Of a stretch of 64,000 nucleotides of DNA, positions 27,270-43,978 are shown piece after piece (the stretch's first letter is position 1; each line of letters opens with the position of its first letter). The translations under genes were made by a program, and so were the position numbers. The notes beneath the pieces are model-generated. The model was not told the DNA's origin and searched no databases. It was given only the letters and a program-made list of their open reading frames with translations. The DNA is from Eledone cirrhosa (Eukaryota), in contig OZ024742.1 in assembly GCA_964016885.1 (NCBI GenBank), positions 54,188,001 through 54,252,000 on the forward strand, given 5' to 3'.

Positions 27270-28923
27270 GCATTTTAAAGACAATTGCATATACTATAGA
27301 ATTTGTGATGGTAAAAATCTATAACTAACGTAAATCAATATCTCTCAAACAATACATTTCATATTGATTTTAGCGTTATTAGTAATAAAATATCATCTAT
27401 TACCAAATATATTCATGATTGATTTAAGAATATTTTGAATTTTCAAATGGATAGTTATGTATGATATATATTTATGAAATGCATCAGAAATGATGGATTT
27501 ATTTGCTAAAAAGGTCAAATTGAAATATAATAATGGGCATTATTTGCCATCGTGTAAATATTTATGATTCTCGGAATGATATTTAACGTATTGCCATGCT
27601 ATCAGCAGTGAAGCGAAAGCAAATTAAATATTACACTCTTGATATTCAACACATTTAAACAAGCATATTTCATTTGTAAAAACGCTGGCTTCTAATAAGA
27701 TAGTTAATCCAGTTACAAAATGTGTGAACTTAAAGAGAGGATATTCAAGACTTCAATGAGTTTGCACCTCTCCTTTTTGTGTCAGGGCCGATCTCGTCTG
27801 AGCGCGGACAGGAATCAAACTACAATAATATATAACATTGTCTCACATTGAAATTAAATTAAATTTGGTTCTACCGTATGTGAATAACTTACAAGCTATT
27901 TGTGAAAATATAACATAATCATTCAGCAAACTGGTCGAAACATCATTAAGAATGCTGCGCATTATTTATTTTATTAAGTTTTTATTACAAAAGAAAATAT
28001 TTATGCAATATATATTTGACTATACAAACCCAGTAATTTTTTAACATTGTCGATTTAGGAAAAGAAGAAATATCGACGTTTCTAGCGGTTCTCGTCTCCT
28101 AAATTAAATTGATGTTATTAATGAAGTAAGCTTAGTGGATCCAACTAGCGAATGATCTTGCACTGCAGATTATGTTCCTGAGATTAAATATACATCTACA
28201 TTCTACATGATATATGATTATGAATCTATTAATGTTTTAAAATGTTAGGTTCTATATATAGTTCGTATGCATGTGTTTTAATGAGTAATAATAGATAGAG
28301 TTAACATCTATTGCAGTAAAATACATAATACATTTATATAAAACATGACGGGAAGAAAGAATATTTGATTGATCCAATTGATTGATCCCAAATTACATGA
28401 CTTTTACCAACTTTATTGACAAGTGAATTGTCTGAACGTCTAGAAATAACTATCGAACTGCTCAAAATAACATACAAATTGAGACTTACCTTTTTAATGT
28501 GAAAAGGAATAAGGTTTCATTAATGTAGCGCAAAACGTAATGTACTATCTAGAATAATGATAGAAATATTATTATGCGGCGTTAACAGTAAACAATGCTC
28601 ACCTAGATTGCAATACTGAACTCATATGCAGTAGAATAGCATTAAAATACGGTGCTACAATATCTTACCACATAAGGTATACTAATTATTTTATATTTCA
28701 AGATGTGACTATTACGATGTAGTATTGGAGCAATTATAGATCCATGCAATTTGTTTAAACGTCAATTTATTTCAATGAATCTTTTTTTTCTACACTAATT
28801 AGGTAGCCTGATATCACCCCATTCTTAACTGCTCTATTGTCCAAGTAGTCAATGCAGTGATACAATAGAATGTCTATATTAATTGTAGTATACGGTGGCT
28901 TAAAGAACATGCGCCATTTGTAG

Positions 28924-28986
<63 letters not shown>

Positions 28987-29008
28987 GTATAAAGTCATAT
29001 ATACTTCA

Positions 29009-29046
<38 letters not shown>

Positions 29047-29114
29047 AACATATATCACATTACAAAGTATGAGGAAATAATATATAAAAATATACCTATA
29101 TATTTTCTTCAAAT

Positions 29115-29975
29115 AGGTGTGATTTTGATGGTGTCATCCTGGAGTTCTTTAACCAGCCACTGGGGAAAGGAGTTGCCCAGGATCAGTGGACGGTCAGTAT
29201 CATCGTCCCAGTGAAGATTTCCCCCCGACACCAATAACTACAACTGCATTTCACTCACGTCACTTGTGTCAAAGACCCTCAACAAAATAATTCTTACCAA
29301 AACGCAGCCCAAGATAAGGAGGAAGCTCAGGGACAACCAGAACGGCTTCAGATAGGGATGATCAACTATCAGTCACATCCTGATGCTGACGAGAGTTCTA
29401 CAGGGAGCCCGAGCTAAGAGCCTTCTTACTGCTATGGTTTTCATTGACTCTCGGAAGGCCTTTGATTCTGTGGACCGTGATTGCTCGATGAAGATCTTAC
29501 AGGCTTATGAAATCCCCAAGGAGACAGTGGACCTAATATCACTGCTCTACATCGGCTCTGGAGCGCAGATCAACATACCTGGTGGGATGACGGAGTTCTT
29601 TGTGATATTGGCTGGAAGACTCCAGGGCGATGCATCGACTCCCTACCGTTTTGTCATCGCAGCGGCTTATCGTATGTATATTTCATTGAGGAAACATTGT
29701 GACCCCAGCTCAGAGCAGAAGATTTAAGGCTAAAATCATATCAGATGCTGAATTTGTTGACGGTAGGGTTGTGTAGCGGACACATTGAGAGGGGGGGGCT
29801 ATGAGGGGGTGGCTGTGTCGATGGCTGTGGGGCTGGGAGAGAGTGCAAGTGAGATGAGGTATCTGGTGGAGAGCAACAAGGTGCCAGAGAAGATTATGAA
29901 TATGGGCGGAAAGCCGCTAGAGTAGGTTGAGGACATCCTGTAAGTGTGGGCAAAGGTTAGTAACACTGAGGATGA
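29115..29975 (+). mobile_element. Decayed RTE-like RT fragment
   Basis: QNGFR.G.ST, VFIDSRKAFDSV, G.LQGD..P.F motifs. Confidence 0.8.
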
Positions 29976-30693
29976 TGCATTCTCAAACGGCTCGACCAAA
30001 TCAAATCAAAGTTTACAAGGGAATATTATTAGACCCCGGAATTAACAACGTGTAATTTGGATTTTCATTTGGATTAAAACAATATAACAGTTTATCAAAA
30101 AATAATCTACTATAGTCACCTATAATAAAGGGACATTTTATAACACGACAACGACGACGACGTCACATCTTTTATATGAGTATATATGTATCTCTGAGTG
30201 TGTGTGTATTTGTACGTCTGTTACGTACGTTAGGCCTTAGTAAGATACATACACACATATTCACGTAAATATTTAATCACATACACAGAGAATTAAATAC
30301 ACACATCTACACATGTGTTAACTGACAAGCATATGTGTGTGAGTGTATGTGAGAGTGTAGGTATGTGTGTGAGTATACATACATTTCTGTGATGACTGAC
30401 ATAACAAACGCTGGGAGTGACACTGTTGGGGGTGACACGGTTGGAAACAGCAACAATTTATTCATTTGGACACCAACAAAAAATTTCACAATGAATATTG
30501 TTTAACCTGAGGTGCTTCGAGATGAACAGATTTTCATTTCTAATTTCTATTATCATCACAATTTTGATATCTAAAAAAATAAAATATAGATATTTTGAAA
30601 TAATTATGACAAAAACTTATATATACATATTTATTGTTTACTAATCTGAATAAAAACAGCAGTAACCCGGACAACGCTGTGTCATTCGGCTAA
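29976..30693 (+). mobile_element. Non-autonomous Helitron copy (5'-truncated), same family as 32945-34045
   Basis: Collinear with 32976-34045; ends in hairpin-like CCCGGACAACGCTGTG followed by CTAA. Confidence 0.75.
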
Positions 30694-32070
30694 TATATAT
30701 ATGACAATGTAATCAACAAAAAGAATGAATTATTTAGTTCTTGTCATCATAAAATGGGTAAGACTTTCAGTTCCCCCAAAATACGGACAAATAACACTTT
30801 GAATATATGTAAATTTATCTAATTGAAGTAAAAATTCTAGATATTTATATATAATAGCATAACCTCATTGAACGTTTTTTATCCTACAAATTGATTAGGA
30901 TAGTTCACTATTTAATTAGACATCAATTAACATATCTAGATTAGATATGTTGAGGAACTTAAAAAATCGTTGGTCGAGAGAGAAGATATTCCCTCTAAGT
31001 TAAAAAAAAATGTTTGCACTGTAAAAGAGTTATCTTACTTTTGTTTACATTGTCCGTAAATTATATTAGCTTGCAAAAAATATATATAAAATATAGATTA
31101 GTAAATAATAATTAATAGTTTTATAGTACATAGACTATCATTAAACTTAAACTATATATATTAGAATAATTAAGTATTAAAGTAAATATAAATATAACCC
31201 TTCATTAAGTGAAATAAAGTTTATGGAGAGTAAATATAACCGCATGTAGATTTAAACAAATATATGAAAATATAAAAAAATAATGAAGTTTCACCTAAAG
31301 TGGAATTTTGAATTAATTTAGATGATAAATGAACAAAATATATTATATATTGATGTGGAAATATGCATTTTTAATACATTTTAATACATATTTAATAGAT
31401 ATTTAATAAACATTAAAGATAAAATGTTTAATGTTGCATTATAATGCTAAATATAATTTATAACAATATCTTACCTTATAATAAAACACTGTCATAGTAT
31501 AGAATTAATTAAATTAAATTAAATTAATTTAAGCATATAAATTTGTAATGAACTTAAATATTCGATTGCCGTAGGAAATAATCTATGCCTAATAATCTAG
31601 ATATAATATAAACTTATAATTAATTAAAGCCTATTCCAATACAAGCGGCATTCATTGATAAATAATAAATATAATTTTTGAATTTTTTGTCTAGGATTTG
31701 AATACAACGATTTTTTTTATTCTCTCCTTTCTTTATCCTTTCCTTTTCCTTTTCTTCTTTTCTTTATTTCCCTTCTTTTCTCTCCGCATCTTCCCTTTCA
31801 ACTCCCCGTCTATATTTCTTAGTTGCTTCACGTCTTCTTCTTCTCTAAGTTTATCATATCATTTGTGGTATATAAATGTTGAGTGTTGGAGAAATAACTT
31901 ACTACCACTACAGGAATAGAAGATTCAAGACCTTAGGGATATGTCGTATAACCAGTCTCTTATATATATCTGATGAAAACGTACTGAAACACCATTGTAC
32001 CTTTGAAATATGTATAATAAAATATATACTTTGGGTTATGATAATATTTCTTATTTATTAATATTTTGAA

Positions 32071-32144
<74 letters not shown>

Positions 32145-32153
<9 letters not shown>

Positions 32154-32299
32154 ACATAGATATATACATACATTAATAACAATTTTATTTGTCTCCAATG
32201 CTTAGACATACATTTTATATATATATATATATATATAAAACTTATGTCTAAGCATTGGAGACAAATAACATTTTAATTAATGTATGTATATATCTATGT

Positions 32300-32310
<11 letters not shown>
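32145..32310. repeat. Inverted repeat (~65-bp arms) around a (TA)n spacer
   Basis: TTATTTGTCTCCAATGCTTAGACATA / TATGTCTAAGCATTGGAGACAAATAA. Confidence 0.9.
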
Positions 32311-32368
<58 letters not shown>

Positions 32369-32408
32369 CGTATATATATATATAGATAAATACATACAAA
32401 TATATATG

Positions 32409-32770
32409 TAATTACAACGTGCATATAAACCATTATTAAAATTTCAAGACATTTAATTACCGACAATTGTTTTTTGCCATACGTATTACTTGTATTGATA
32501 TTATATCAATCGTTTGTGAATTTAATTAAACACTGACGATTCCTGTGGTAACTAATAGCAAATTGTGAAATGAAATAACTTGTTGCTGGTGGTATATTCC
32601 TATGGGACGAAACAATTGCAGGTAATTAAATGTCTTGAACGTTTAATTTTGGTTTATAAGCACATTGTAATTATAAATTTGCTCTGCTTGATCTAATCAT
32701 ATTATTGAATTAAAATAGACCTACTAAATGAGCAAAAATTACTCTTATAAATATTATACTATTATTAATA
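32409..32770 (+). mobile_element. Penelope-type pseudo-LTR fold-back insert with hammerhead motif (32533-32623)
   Basis: Arms ~32409-32480 / ~32600-32673; CTGACGA...GAAACAATTG; the inverted arm preserves GTC. Confidence 0.7.
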
Positions 32771-32822
32771 CATACATACATACATAAATACACACATACA
32801 TACATACAAACACCACACACAT

Positions 32823-34045
<1,223 letters not shown>

Positions 34046-34054
34046 ATATATATA

Positions 34055-34630
34055 TATCAAATGAAACAACGGAGTTAAAGACTCGCGTTTATCTCTGTAA
34101 TTTAATGAAATCAAGGAATAATTACCGGATTCTTGATAATACAATATAGAGATGAGAAAACACGAAAGAAAATATTTTCAATTACAGGGGGTATTAGGAG
34201 TGAAAAACATAATAACTCCGAAAGGGATAGACGCGAGTCTTTAACTCAGTTGCTTCATTTGATATTTTAGCGCCAAACTAATTTCCTCGTTTGTTGCCAT
34301 TTCTAGCGGCTTTTTAATCCATTCATGCCACTAAGTACTGTTAGGCACGCGTATTTTCCTTCTCTCTTCACGTTAGTTTTCTAATGTCTATTTAGAAGTG
34401 TGGAACATATCTTCATTACACCTGCTGAAGACCCCTGGGTGGATATGATTCTTACACGGTTAATAGCGAAACATTCTCTATGAGCCTGTAAAGGTGGGTT
34501 TATGTAATATAATTCAACTCTTTAATTATAATGTATTTCCCATAGCTTTCGTAGTTTTTATGTGTTTCACACTAGTGGCCTTGTACCACCTGTAATTGAA
34601 AACATACTCTTGGTTGTTTTCGCCTCTCTA
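34055..34630 (+). mobile_element. Penelope-type pLTR fragments with hammerhead motif (34421-34494) and an inverted repeat (34055-34094 / 34226-34264)
   Basis: CTGAAGA..GAAAC..GTA; same family as 41416-41670. Confidence 0.65.
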
Positions 34631-35460
34631 CTTTGTATTATACACACACGCGCGTGCGCGCTTATATATATATATACATATAGTTCAAGGAAACAACATA
34701 ATAGAGGAACAAAAAGTCATATTATTTTCACGCTTCATATGGAAAAGCAGAAAGTTTATATACTTATACATATATACATATCCAGACACTCACACACACA
34801 AATATATATATATATATAGATATACATGGGCGAGGTATATATGCGTATATATGTGCATCCTGTGTGTGTATGTGTGCTTGCATACGCTTTTGTCTACACG
34901 TTTTTGCGTGTATATATATATATTTCTTATAGATATACGTTTCTTGTAGATAAATGTGTGTGTGTACGCGTGTACTTTGTTTGTCTTCTTTTCTTTATTT
35001 TTTTCTTTCTAAATTATTGTTTCTTTTTTATAGATATATCGAGAATGATACTTTCTTTTAATTATTACACTCCCTTACCTCATTTACTTCCGCATATAAG
35101 TGTACGTGCGTGTGGGTTGTTTATACGCGTGCCTTCATATTATAATGTATCTAATACCCTGTTTTTCTGTGTACCTGCCAAACAGACAATCACATCATGT
35201 CTGTCTATAGTTACAGATACACATACACTTGCCCTAACACATATATTTACGCACACTTTTTCACTATACGTACACATTTGTACATACACACATATGTACA
35301 TCTATGAGCATATATACATACATATACACACACCTAACTATATTTCTTGAAAGATTTTTATATATTTCATATGGCTATTGTAATTCCTTTGTCTATATTT
35401 ATATAATTTTTTTGCTTTTCTTGGTGAGACTTTCCAAGTATTTAGCCATGTTTTATATTG

Positions 35461-35530
35461 CCTCGTCTGACGAACGAATGAAGACGTTTCTTTTGTATTC
35501 GCCTCATTCGGGAAACCTCTGGTAATGAGG
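35461..35530 (+). ncRNA. Type I hammerhead ribozyme motif in a pLTR-like fragment ending at ~35637
   Basis: Stem I CCTCGT/ATGAGG, CTGACGA, stem II CGAATGA..TCATTCG, GAAAC-CTCTG-GTA. Confidence 0.8.
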
Positions 35531-35634
35531 TAATTATATTGTATTGATTTTTATACATTAAATTTTGCTCTGGTACTTACATAGAGCACTTTTCACTTCT
35601 ATGACCTTTTCTGTTTTCAACGGAAATTTCAATA

Positions 35635-35998
<364 letters not shown>

Positions 35999-36056
35999 GG
36001 TGTCTGTATATACACCTGTCACAGACACACACACACACACATATATATAAATATAT

Positions 36057-36109
<53 letters not shown>

Positions 36110-36392
36110 CACAACAACAACACCAGCTCTCTCTTTCTCTTCCATTTTCCTTCTCTGTCTCCTTCTCTCTCTCATTGTTTCTTTTTCAATCTACTCTCCC
36201 ACAACCTCTACTTCTTGGTCATTATCTTTCTCTTTCTCTATTTATAAAGGTACCCGGAAAAAGCCCGGATTTATTCCATTGTATTCCCATTTCAGAGTCA
36301 ACTTCCTTTCAAAGTATTTTCCCATTAAGCGCCATTATGCGTGGTATTAAATTACAGATAGCACACCATCGCAAAGTTTTAATTGTATTTGG

Positions 36393-36799
36393 ATACGAGA
36401 GTAATCCCAAAAGTAAGGTCTCCAAAGCGATGGGGAGCAGAGACACTGTTCGTACGGCTGTTGGCAACACTGTTGTGATTGGTGCTTCCTTCACTCCCAA
36501 ACAAGCATGCGTGCGCTTCCCTGGGATGATCAATCTTGGTTTGACAGCCGTTGAGAATGGAGCTCCCATTGAACGCTAACCCCCCCCCCCCCCCAGTGCG
36601 AATTTCGCGCGGTTATTATATAGAGGGCAATCCCAAAAGTAAGGTCTCCTTCCGAGGAAAACATGCGTAAAGATCGGCGGATCACTCTGGATTCTCTCTG
36701 CATTTTGGTTCCTGAGGTTTCCTGAAGCTCCATCCACAGGAATTTAACGGAAAAGTTGCAATATCGGAAGGAGACCTTACTTTAGGGATTGCCCTCGTA
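36393..36799 (+). mobile_element. Mariner remnant: 5' end plus a nested ~180-bp mini-element (36620-36799)
   Basis: TIR GAGGGCAATCCCAAAAGTAAGGTCTCC at ~36396, ~36622 and inverted at ~36770-36797, TA flanks; transposase pieces MELPLN..CEFRAVI and KDRRITLDSL..SIHRNLTEKLQYRK. Confidence 0.85.
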
Positions 36800-36812
36800 T
36801 ATATGAAAAATT

Positions 36813-36851
36813 CGGCGGCTGAGCTTCTGCGGTTTCAACAGCTAGATCCAT

Positions 36852-36920
<69 letters not shown>

Positions 36921-36990
36921 TATATATAGATATATATAGATATATATATCAGAATGGATCTAGCTGTTGAAACCGCAGAAACTAATCTGC
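36813..36990. repeat. Inverted repeat (~43-bp arms) around (TA)n, related to the 43451/63425 family
   Basis: TTCTGCGGTTTCAACAGCTAGATCCATTCTGA / TCAGAATGGATCTAGCTGTTGAAACCGCAGAA. Confidence 0.9.
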
Positions 36991-37604
36991 CAATATGCAT
37001 ATACGTTTGTCATGGCTATTTAAAATAAGCTTACCAACGCATCGTATGCTCTTAGGTAACACATGTTTTATCAATTTAACTCAAATCTAATTTCGTTCTT
37101 TGGTGATATAATTGTTAATTTATACTTTATAATGAAGTTTTCAATGCAATACGATGAGGGAATTGGTTTAGAATAATTGAAATTAATAAATTAAAATTTA
37201 GCATTTCGTCATAACTATGTGTTAGTCTTGTCAGTACTGTAATTGGAAACAATGTCCTTTTTTGTTTATAACAGGATAATCATATTTGGGGGTGGTAGCT
37301 AATCGCAAATGAGGAAGAGATAAATTCCTGGTTCGGATGTACTTTCTCCTTTACTGGGAGTTGTATTTTTGTCCTATTATAGCTTGATGCACGTGCAACT
37401 TCAATACGTGTCCTTATCAACAACATCCATGGAACGGATGGTTTCTTAAATGTGCAAAAATAAATACTATGTATAAAAATACATGAATTTCATCTTTGTT
37501 TCCATACTAAGGGCAAATATTTTCGTAATAGTAAATCACTCACAATTATTTATAGTTGAATATATAGTTTAAACACATTTTGAAGCTATATACATATATA
37601 TATT

Positions 37605-37687
<83 letters not shown>

Positions 37688-37692
<5 letters not shown>

Positions 37693-40600
37693 TTGTTATA
37701 ACTGATATAAAGCACTCAACAAGTATTTGGAGTAAACATACGATATTAACAAATGGAAACTATATTTATAAAACCATATTTATTTCATTATACATATTTC
37801 AAGGACACCAAGTTAAATTATGGTGTGCTTTCATCAGACAAAATATAATATAGATCAGTTTTATAAATAAATATTGACATACTCTTAAATCGGACCTTGG
37901 CAGATTTAGCAAAAATATTCTGGACAGAACAATATAGCAAGTTAAGAATTTATCTAATTTATCTTATTTAAAATTATGGAAGGGAACTAGTGAAGTTATC
38001 GATTGGTTTAAAGAAATTAAATATAACTACAATAATAAGTTTATTAAGTTGGATATTACTAACTATTACTCATCTATCACTCCTAATCTACTGAATAAGG
38101 CACTAACTTACGCATTTAAACATACATACATAACTAGCAATGAAATGCACATTATATTATCGGCACGGAAAACATTAATAGAATTTAATAACCAACTCTG
38201 GACTAGGGCAGATAGAAATAATAATTTCGACATAACTATGGGATCTTCCGATTCCGCTCAGGTAACGGATCTTGTGGGCCTATTTATAATTAATTCTCTA
38301 CATAGAAAAATATCTGAGATAACCGGAGGTTTAATCGTGACGACATGCTTTTACTTATAGAAAATAATAACTGTGAACTAAATAAAAAAAGAAAACAAAT
38401 CATACAATTTTTTAATTACCTTAATCTAAAAGTAGAAATAGAGAATAACCATAAAATAGTCAATTTTCTAGATGTAACACTAAATCTTAACACATGTCTT
38501 CATTATCCATTTCACAAACTAAATGAGAACTTAAATTACGTCAATTTTAACTGTAATCACCCCAGATCCGTTAAAAATACTATAGTGAACTCTGTAATAG
38601 AACGAATTTCGAGGTTTTCAGCTAATAAGAATATATTTGATGAAAAGCACATTATTACAACGAAGCGTTAGGTAGAGCTGGGTATAGAAATAAAATTAAA
38701 TACATCGATAATAATAATAATATAACAACTAACCATAATCGTAACAATTTTAACTATGGTAACAATTTTAACAACTATAATAGAAAACCTTACATTAATT
38801 CCGAAAGCCGAAAAAGAAATAGAACTAGGAACATATTATGGTTCGCTCCTCCTTTCTCATTAAATATTAAAACCCCTATTGCTAAATTATTTTTTAAAGC
38901 TCTTGACAAATGCTTCCCTAGAACACATAGATATTACTCAATTTTTAATAGACATACTATAAAATTAACTTATTCTTCCACGTAAAATTTAGCGCAAAAT
39001 ATTAATAGAATTAATAATAGAAATTTAAAACCTAACCAAAATACCAATAATAACCCAAGCAATATTCAATCTGATAAATGTAACTGTAGAAATAAATCTA
39101 ACTGTCCGTTAAATAACAATTGCTTAGCTAAAAATGTAGTATATAATTGTAATGTAAAAACTAATTTAAATTCATTTAATTATGTGGGATCTACTTCCAC
39201 AGAGTTTAAATCCCGCTTCAATAATCATAAACATTCTTTTACAGATCCAAACAAAAAATCTTCAACTTCTCTATCTAGCCTATTATGGGACCTAAAACTA
39301 AAGAACATTGAATATTCGTTGATTTGGAATATTATTTCAAAAGCCTTTTAACTCCCCTTCAGAAAATGGCGATCTTTGTATAGAGGAAATATTCTTTATA
39401 TTAAAGCCCCAAAATTCCCTGAACTTAAGGAATAATTTATTCAGTTGCTGCAGACATAGATTAAACTCAACGTTTAAATATAAATATAAATTTAAAATGT
39501 AGTATATAATTAATTAATTAATTTTATTAATATATGAAACCTGTCGATAAATCATTAGATTCCTTCATCTTTTTTGACTGATTATACACTCAAGTAAAAA
39601 TAACTTTTCTTCCTAAATATAAATAAATATAAATATAATAAACTATTCTAGAGAAATATATTGAGAGCTCTTGAAAGGAGAAAATATTTCCTATTTCTTA
39701 TTTTTTTATTTTTTTATTTTTTTATTGTTTTCTTATTGTTCTGATAGCTTCTCCTATTTTCGAATGTTTATCCTTTCAAAATTTTGAGTTAAATATACGT
39801 AAGATAAATTTCTATACTAAATCTATTAAACATACTATTATTTTGAAATTATAACTTAAAATATTCTATAATATTTTAAAATTGTATTGCTTTTAAAGTT
39901 ATATTGCTTATAATTATATTTCCAAATTGTAATATAATCCTTTTGTATTTTATGTACTCAATTATACTATGTACTGTATTGATATATACTTCTCTCTATA
40001 TGTGAGTATATATGTATATGTGTGTATTGACATTCATGTACATATGTTCTATGCGTTTTTATGAATGTATGTCTGCCTGTATGTATATGTATGCATGATG
40101 CGTATCTACCTATTGCCTGAGGGTACACACACATGTATATATATGTATATGTGAGAATTGTGTATATGCATGTGCGTGTATATCCATACAATTTGATTGC
40201 ACTTATGTATAGTGATTATCCCAATGTTTCCTCACAGATAGACATATAATTAACAGCCATAAATACATAACAGGTAATCTTATAAAACTTATATAAAAAT
40301 TTGTTTAATAACATAAAGTGTGTATAACATAAAATTTCCTTTAATATCTTAACAATTATAACATTTTAAAGATTCCTATATCTTAAATGAAATTAAAGAA
40401 TCCTTTATGCTTTGTGTGTATATATTATATACGTAGTTAGATATGTTATGTATTTTATAAGTGTGTATATATATTTATATGTATTTTTGCGTGTGTATAC
40501 GTGTTATATGATATGTAGTTCTCTAGCAATATATGGATTTCTTAATGTATAGATCCCAATTTTTAATATATTGATCTCAATTTTTAAATGATTAAATAAA

Positions 40601-41093
40601 CATCTCATCATATTTAAACAATGATTAATTTCTCATATTATATACGTATATTCCATTCATGATTATTAACATTTCTAATTTTATTTATTCATTTCATCTC
40701 AATTGTTAAGTTAACTCAACGAGATATGACTTAGAGTTTTCGTTCTCTCCCCTTCTCTCTGTCTCCCCTCTCTCTATATATCTTTCTCTCTCTGTTGTCT
40801 CTCTCTCTCTCTTTTTTCTCTCTCCTTCTTTTTCTCTCTCTGTAACCCAACGGCTTATTTTAAAAATAAAAAATATCCAATACTAATAATAATGTAAGTA
40901 AACAACTCCACTATCCGGGAGCTTCCAACAGTAATGGTTGCATTTTTTAAGGGTATGTCAATATTTATTTATAAAACTGATCTATATTATATTTTGTCTG
41001 ATGAAAGCACACCATAATTTAACTTGGTGTCCTTGAAATATGTATAATGAAATAAATATGGTTTTACAAATATAGTTTCCATTTGTTAATATC

Positions 41094-41097
<4 letters not shown>
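37688..41097 (+). mobile_element. Penelope-like element (RT + GIY-YIG) with inverted pLTR at the 5' end, flanked by (TA)n
   Basis: DITNYYSSI, FDITMGS.D.A, DD, VNFLDVTLNL, CNCRNKSNCPLNNNC, VVY..YVGSTSTEFKSRFNNH (coding ~37880-39480); 37738-37886 is the reverse complement of ~40948-41097; CTGATGA..GAAA at 40998-41038. Confidence 0.9.
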
Positions 41098-41157
<60 letters not shown>

Positions 41158-41446
41158 GATACGTATATATATAGATATAGATATATATATATTGATAAAT
41201 GGACAGATAGATATGAATACTAGACCACCCGTTCACTTTTAAATATTTAAAAAAATCATGTTCACTTAAAAAGAATATTTAAATACACAGATAGGTATAT
41301 AATGTAAAATGAAATGGGAAGGCCAATATATATGTGCGTGTATTTATGTGTATATATATATATAAGTGTATATGTGTGTGTACACATACATATGTATGTC
41401 AGTTAACTGATATTTATTTAGAAGTATGGGACATATCTTCTTTACA

Positions 41447-41520
41447 CCTGCTGAAGAATCCTGAGACGATATGATTCTTACACTGTTTATTGTGAAACAT
41501 TCTCTCTGAGTCTGTACAGG
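41447..41520 (+). ncRNA. Hammerhead ribozyme motif in pLTR fragment 41416-41670
   Basis: Stem I CCTG/CAGG, CTGAAGA, GAAAC..GTA. Confidence 0.7.
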
Positions 41521-41924
41521 TATTTTCATAGTTATAGAGTTGGGTTATGCATTTTAATTCATCTCTTTAATTATAATGTATTTCCCACACATTTCGTAGT
41601 TTTTATGTTTTCCCTCTAGTGGCCTTATACCACCTGTAATTGAAAACATACTCTTGGTTGTTTTATCCTCTCTCTCTCTCTCACACACACACTCATGCTT
41701 ACGCACGTGCTCAAGTATAGCTCTTTTTACAAAACGGTCTTTTTTCCATTTCAGGTAGACGCGCATCATCATCCACTTTTCTAAAAAACAAATCATACAC
41801 AAAACGCCAGCACCAACAGTTTTGCAAGAGATGTCAATATGAATAGACCTGTTATTTTTATCTAAAGGCATTTTTTCCAATTCAATCCCCTCCGTGCCCT
41901 CAATCTATTTTATTTCTCATTATT

Positions 41925-41960
41925 TCTTCTGATGAAGGAATAGCGTCCGAAACGTTAAGA
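41925..41960 (+). ncRNA. Minimal (dimer-dependent) hammerhead ribozyme
   Basis: TCTT-CTGATGA-aGGAatagcgTCC-GAAAC-GTT-AAGA; palindromic AACGTT in place of stem III. Confidence 0.85.
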
Positions 41961-42054
41961 CCCTCTTCCTGCTATATCAAGCGTTAACCTAATATATATC
42001 TTTCATATAGCGTACCGATTGTGTTGTTATTTCTGTTTACATTATATATATATT

Positions 42055-42432
<378 letters not shown>

Positions 42433-43165
42433 ATGTATGTATATACCTTCAAAATGTGTTTAAATCTTTTTTCGTCTGCGTTTGTTGAGCCAAGATATAC
42501 TTATAGATTGTTTTTGTAGAAATTGCGCTTCATATATTTTTGAAAATAGATTATATTCTGCATTGTATCACCCTCAAGTGCTGTATAAACCAGCTTATTT
42601 ATAACAACTAATTTCTTGTAGTGCTCACTTCATATATGTATATATATATATGTGAGTACCGTTACAAAGAGATTGTTAAATATTTCCCGGGGAAACTATA
42701 GTTCATTTAATTATGGATAACTTTATTTATTTTCCGTAGTCTCGTTTTACATTCATTCGTACATATATGCATGCATGCTTAAATATAACCACATACAAGC
42801 ACATGCTCTCTAACACACACTAACATGTATATCTATTCATACATACTTATAATTTTACTTATCAAATTTGATACTTAAAAACTTATATCCGTAAACAAAT
42901 ATATATCTATACATGTGTATATGTTATTTAAGTCAAAAATCATAAATATGTGTTGGAATTCATGTAATACAATGACATTCAAAATACAACAATAATTGTT
43001 CTGCAGACAATGTGGTGAAATAAATTATCCCCATTAGCTTGATTGTATCTCCAGAATAAAGCATGAATAACATTTTCCGTGATAGAAACCTAGTAAATAT
43101 AATTTTTCATCAACCGAATTGTTCGACGAGGTTTTACAACACCGACCGTCTAGTTTAATGTATAT

Positions 43166-43253
<88 letters not shown>

Positions 43254-43450
43254 AAAAGGGGAGAAGAATACTGCAGGTTGCACATGGATAAAATGTTATA
43301 AAATGAGTCCCTCATCAGTGATTTGCCAACGATCATAGATATTTCATTGCATTAAAAATCATATACCTCACGTTGGTACAATAATAACTAAATTAAGTTA
43401 TTAGGACAATTAAAACGCGTAAAGCGAGTGAGACAAGTAAACATATATAT

Positions 43451-43632
43451 ATAGGAACGAGTAGGACCCCGACGGCTGAGCTCAAGCCGTTTCGACGGCT
43501 AATTAGCCGTCGAAACGGCTTGAGCTCAGCCGTCGGGGTTCTACTCGTTCCTATTACCCACTCTACTACCCTAAGTATTGAGTACTTTGGTGCGTTATGG
43601 TCCACCTGGTTCCTTACCACATTTCCTTCGTT
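43451..43632 (+). mobile_element. Fold-back mini-insert: 104-bp palindrome (one mismatch) + ~78-bp tail
   Basis: Centre AA|TT at 43502/43503; contains the hammerhead 3' half GAAA-CGGCT-tgagctc-AGCCG-TC; family copy at 63425-63626. Confidence 0.85.
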
Positions 43633-43635
43633 ATA

Positions 43636-43978
<343 letters not shown>

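Noticed and set aside
31966-32000. CTGATGA..GAAAC..GTA hammerhead-like motif
   Set aside because: Stems I and II do not pair convincingly; at most a decayed copy, so not counted.
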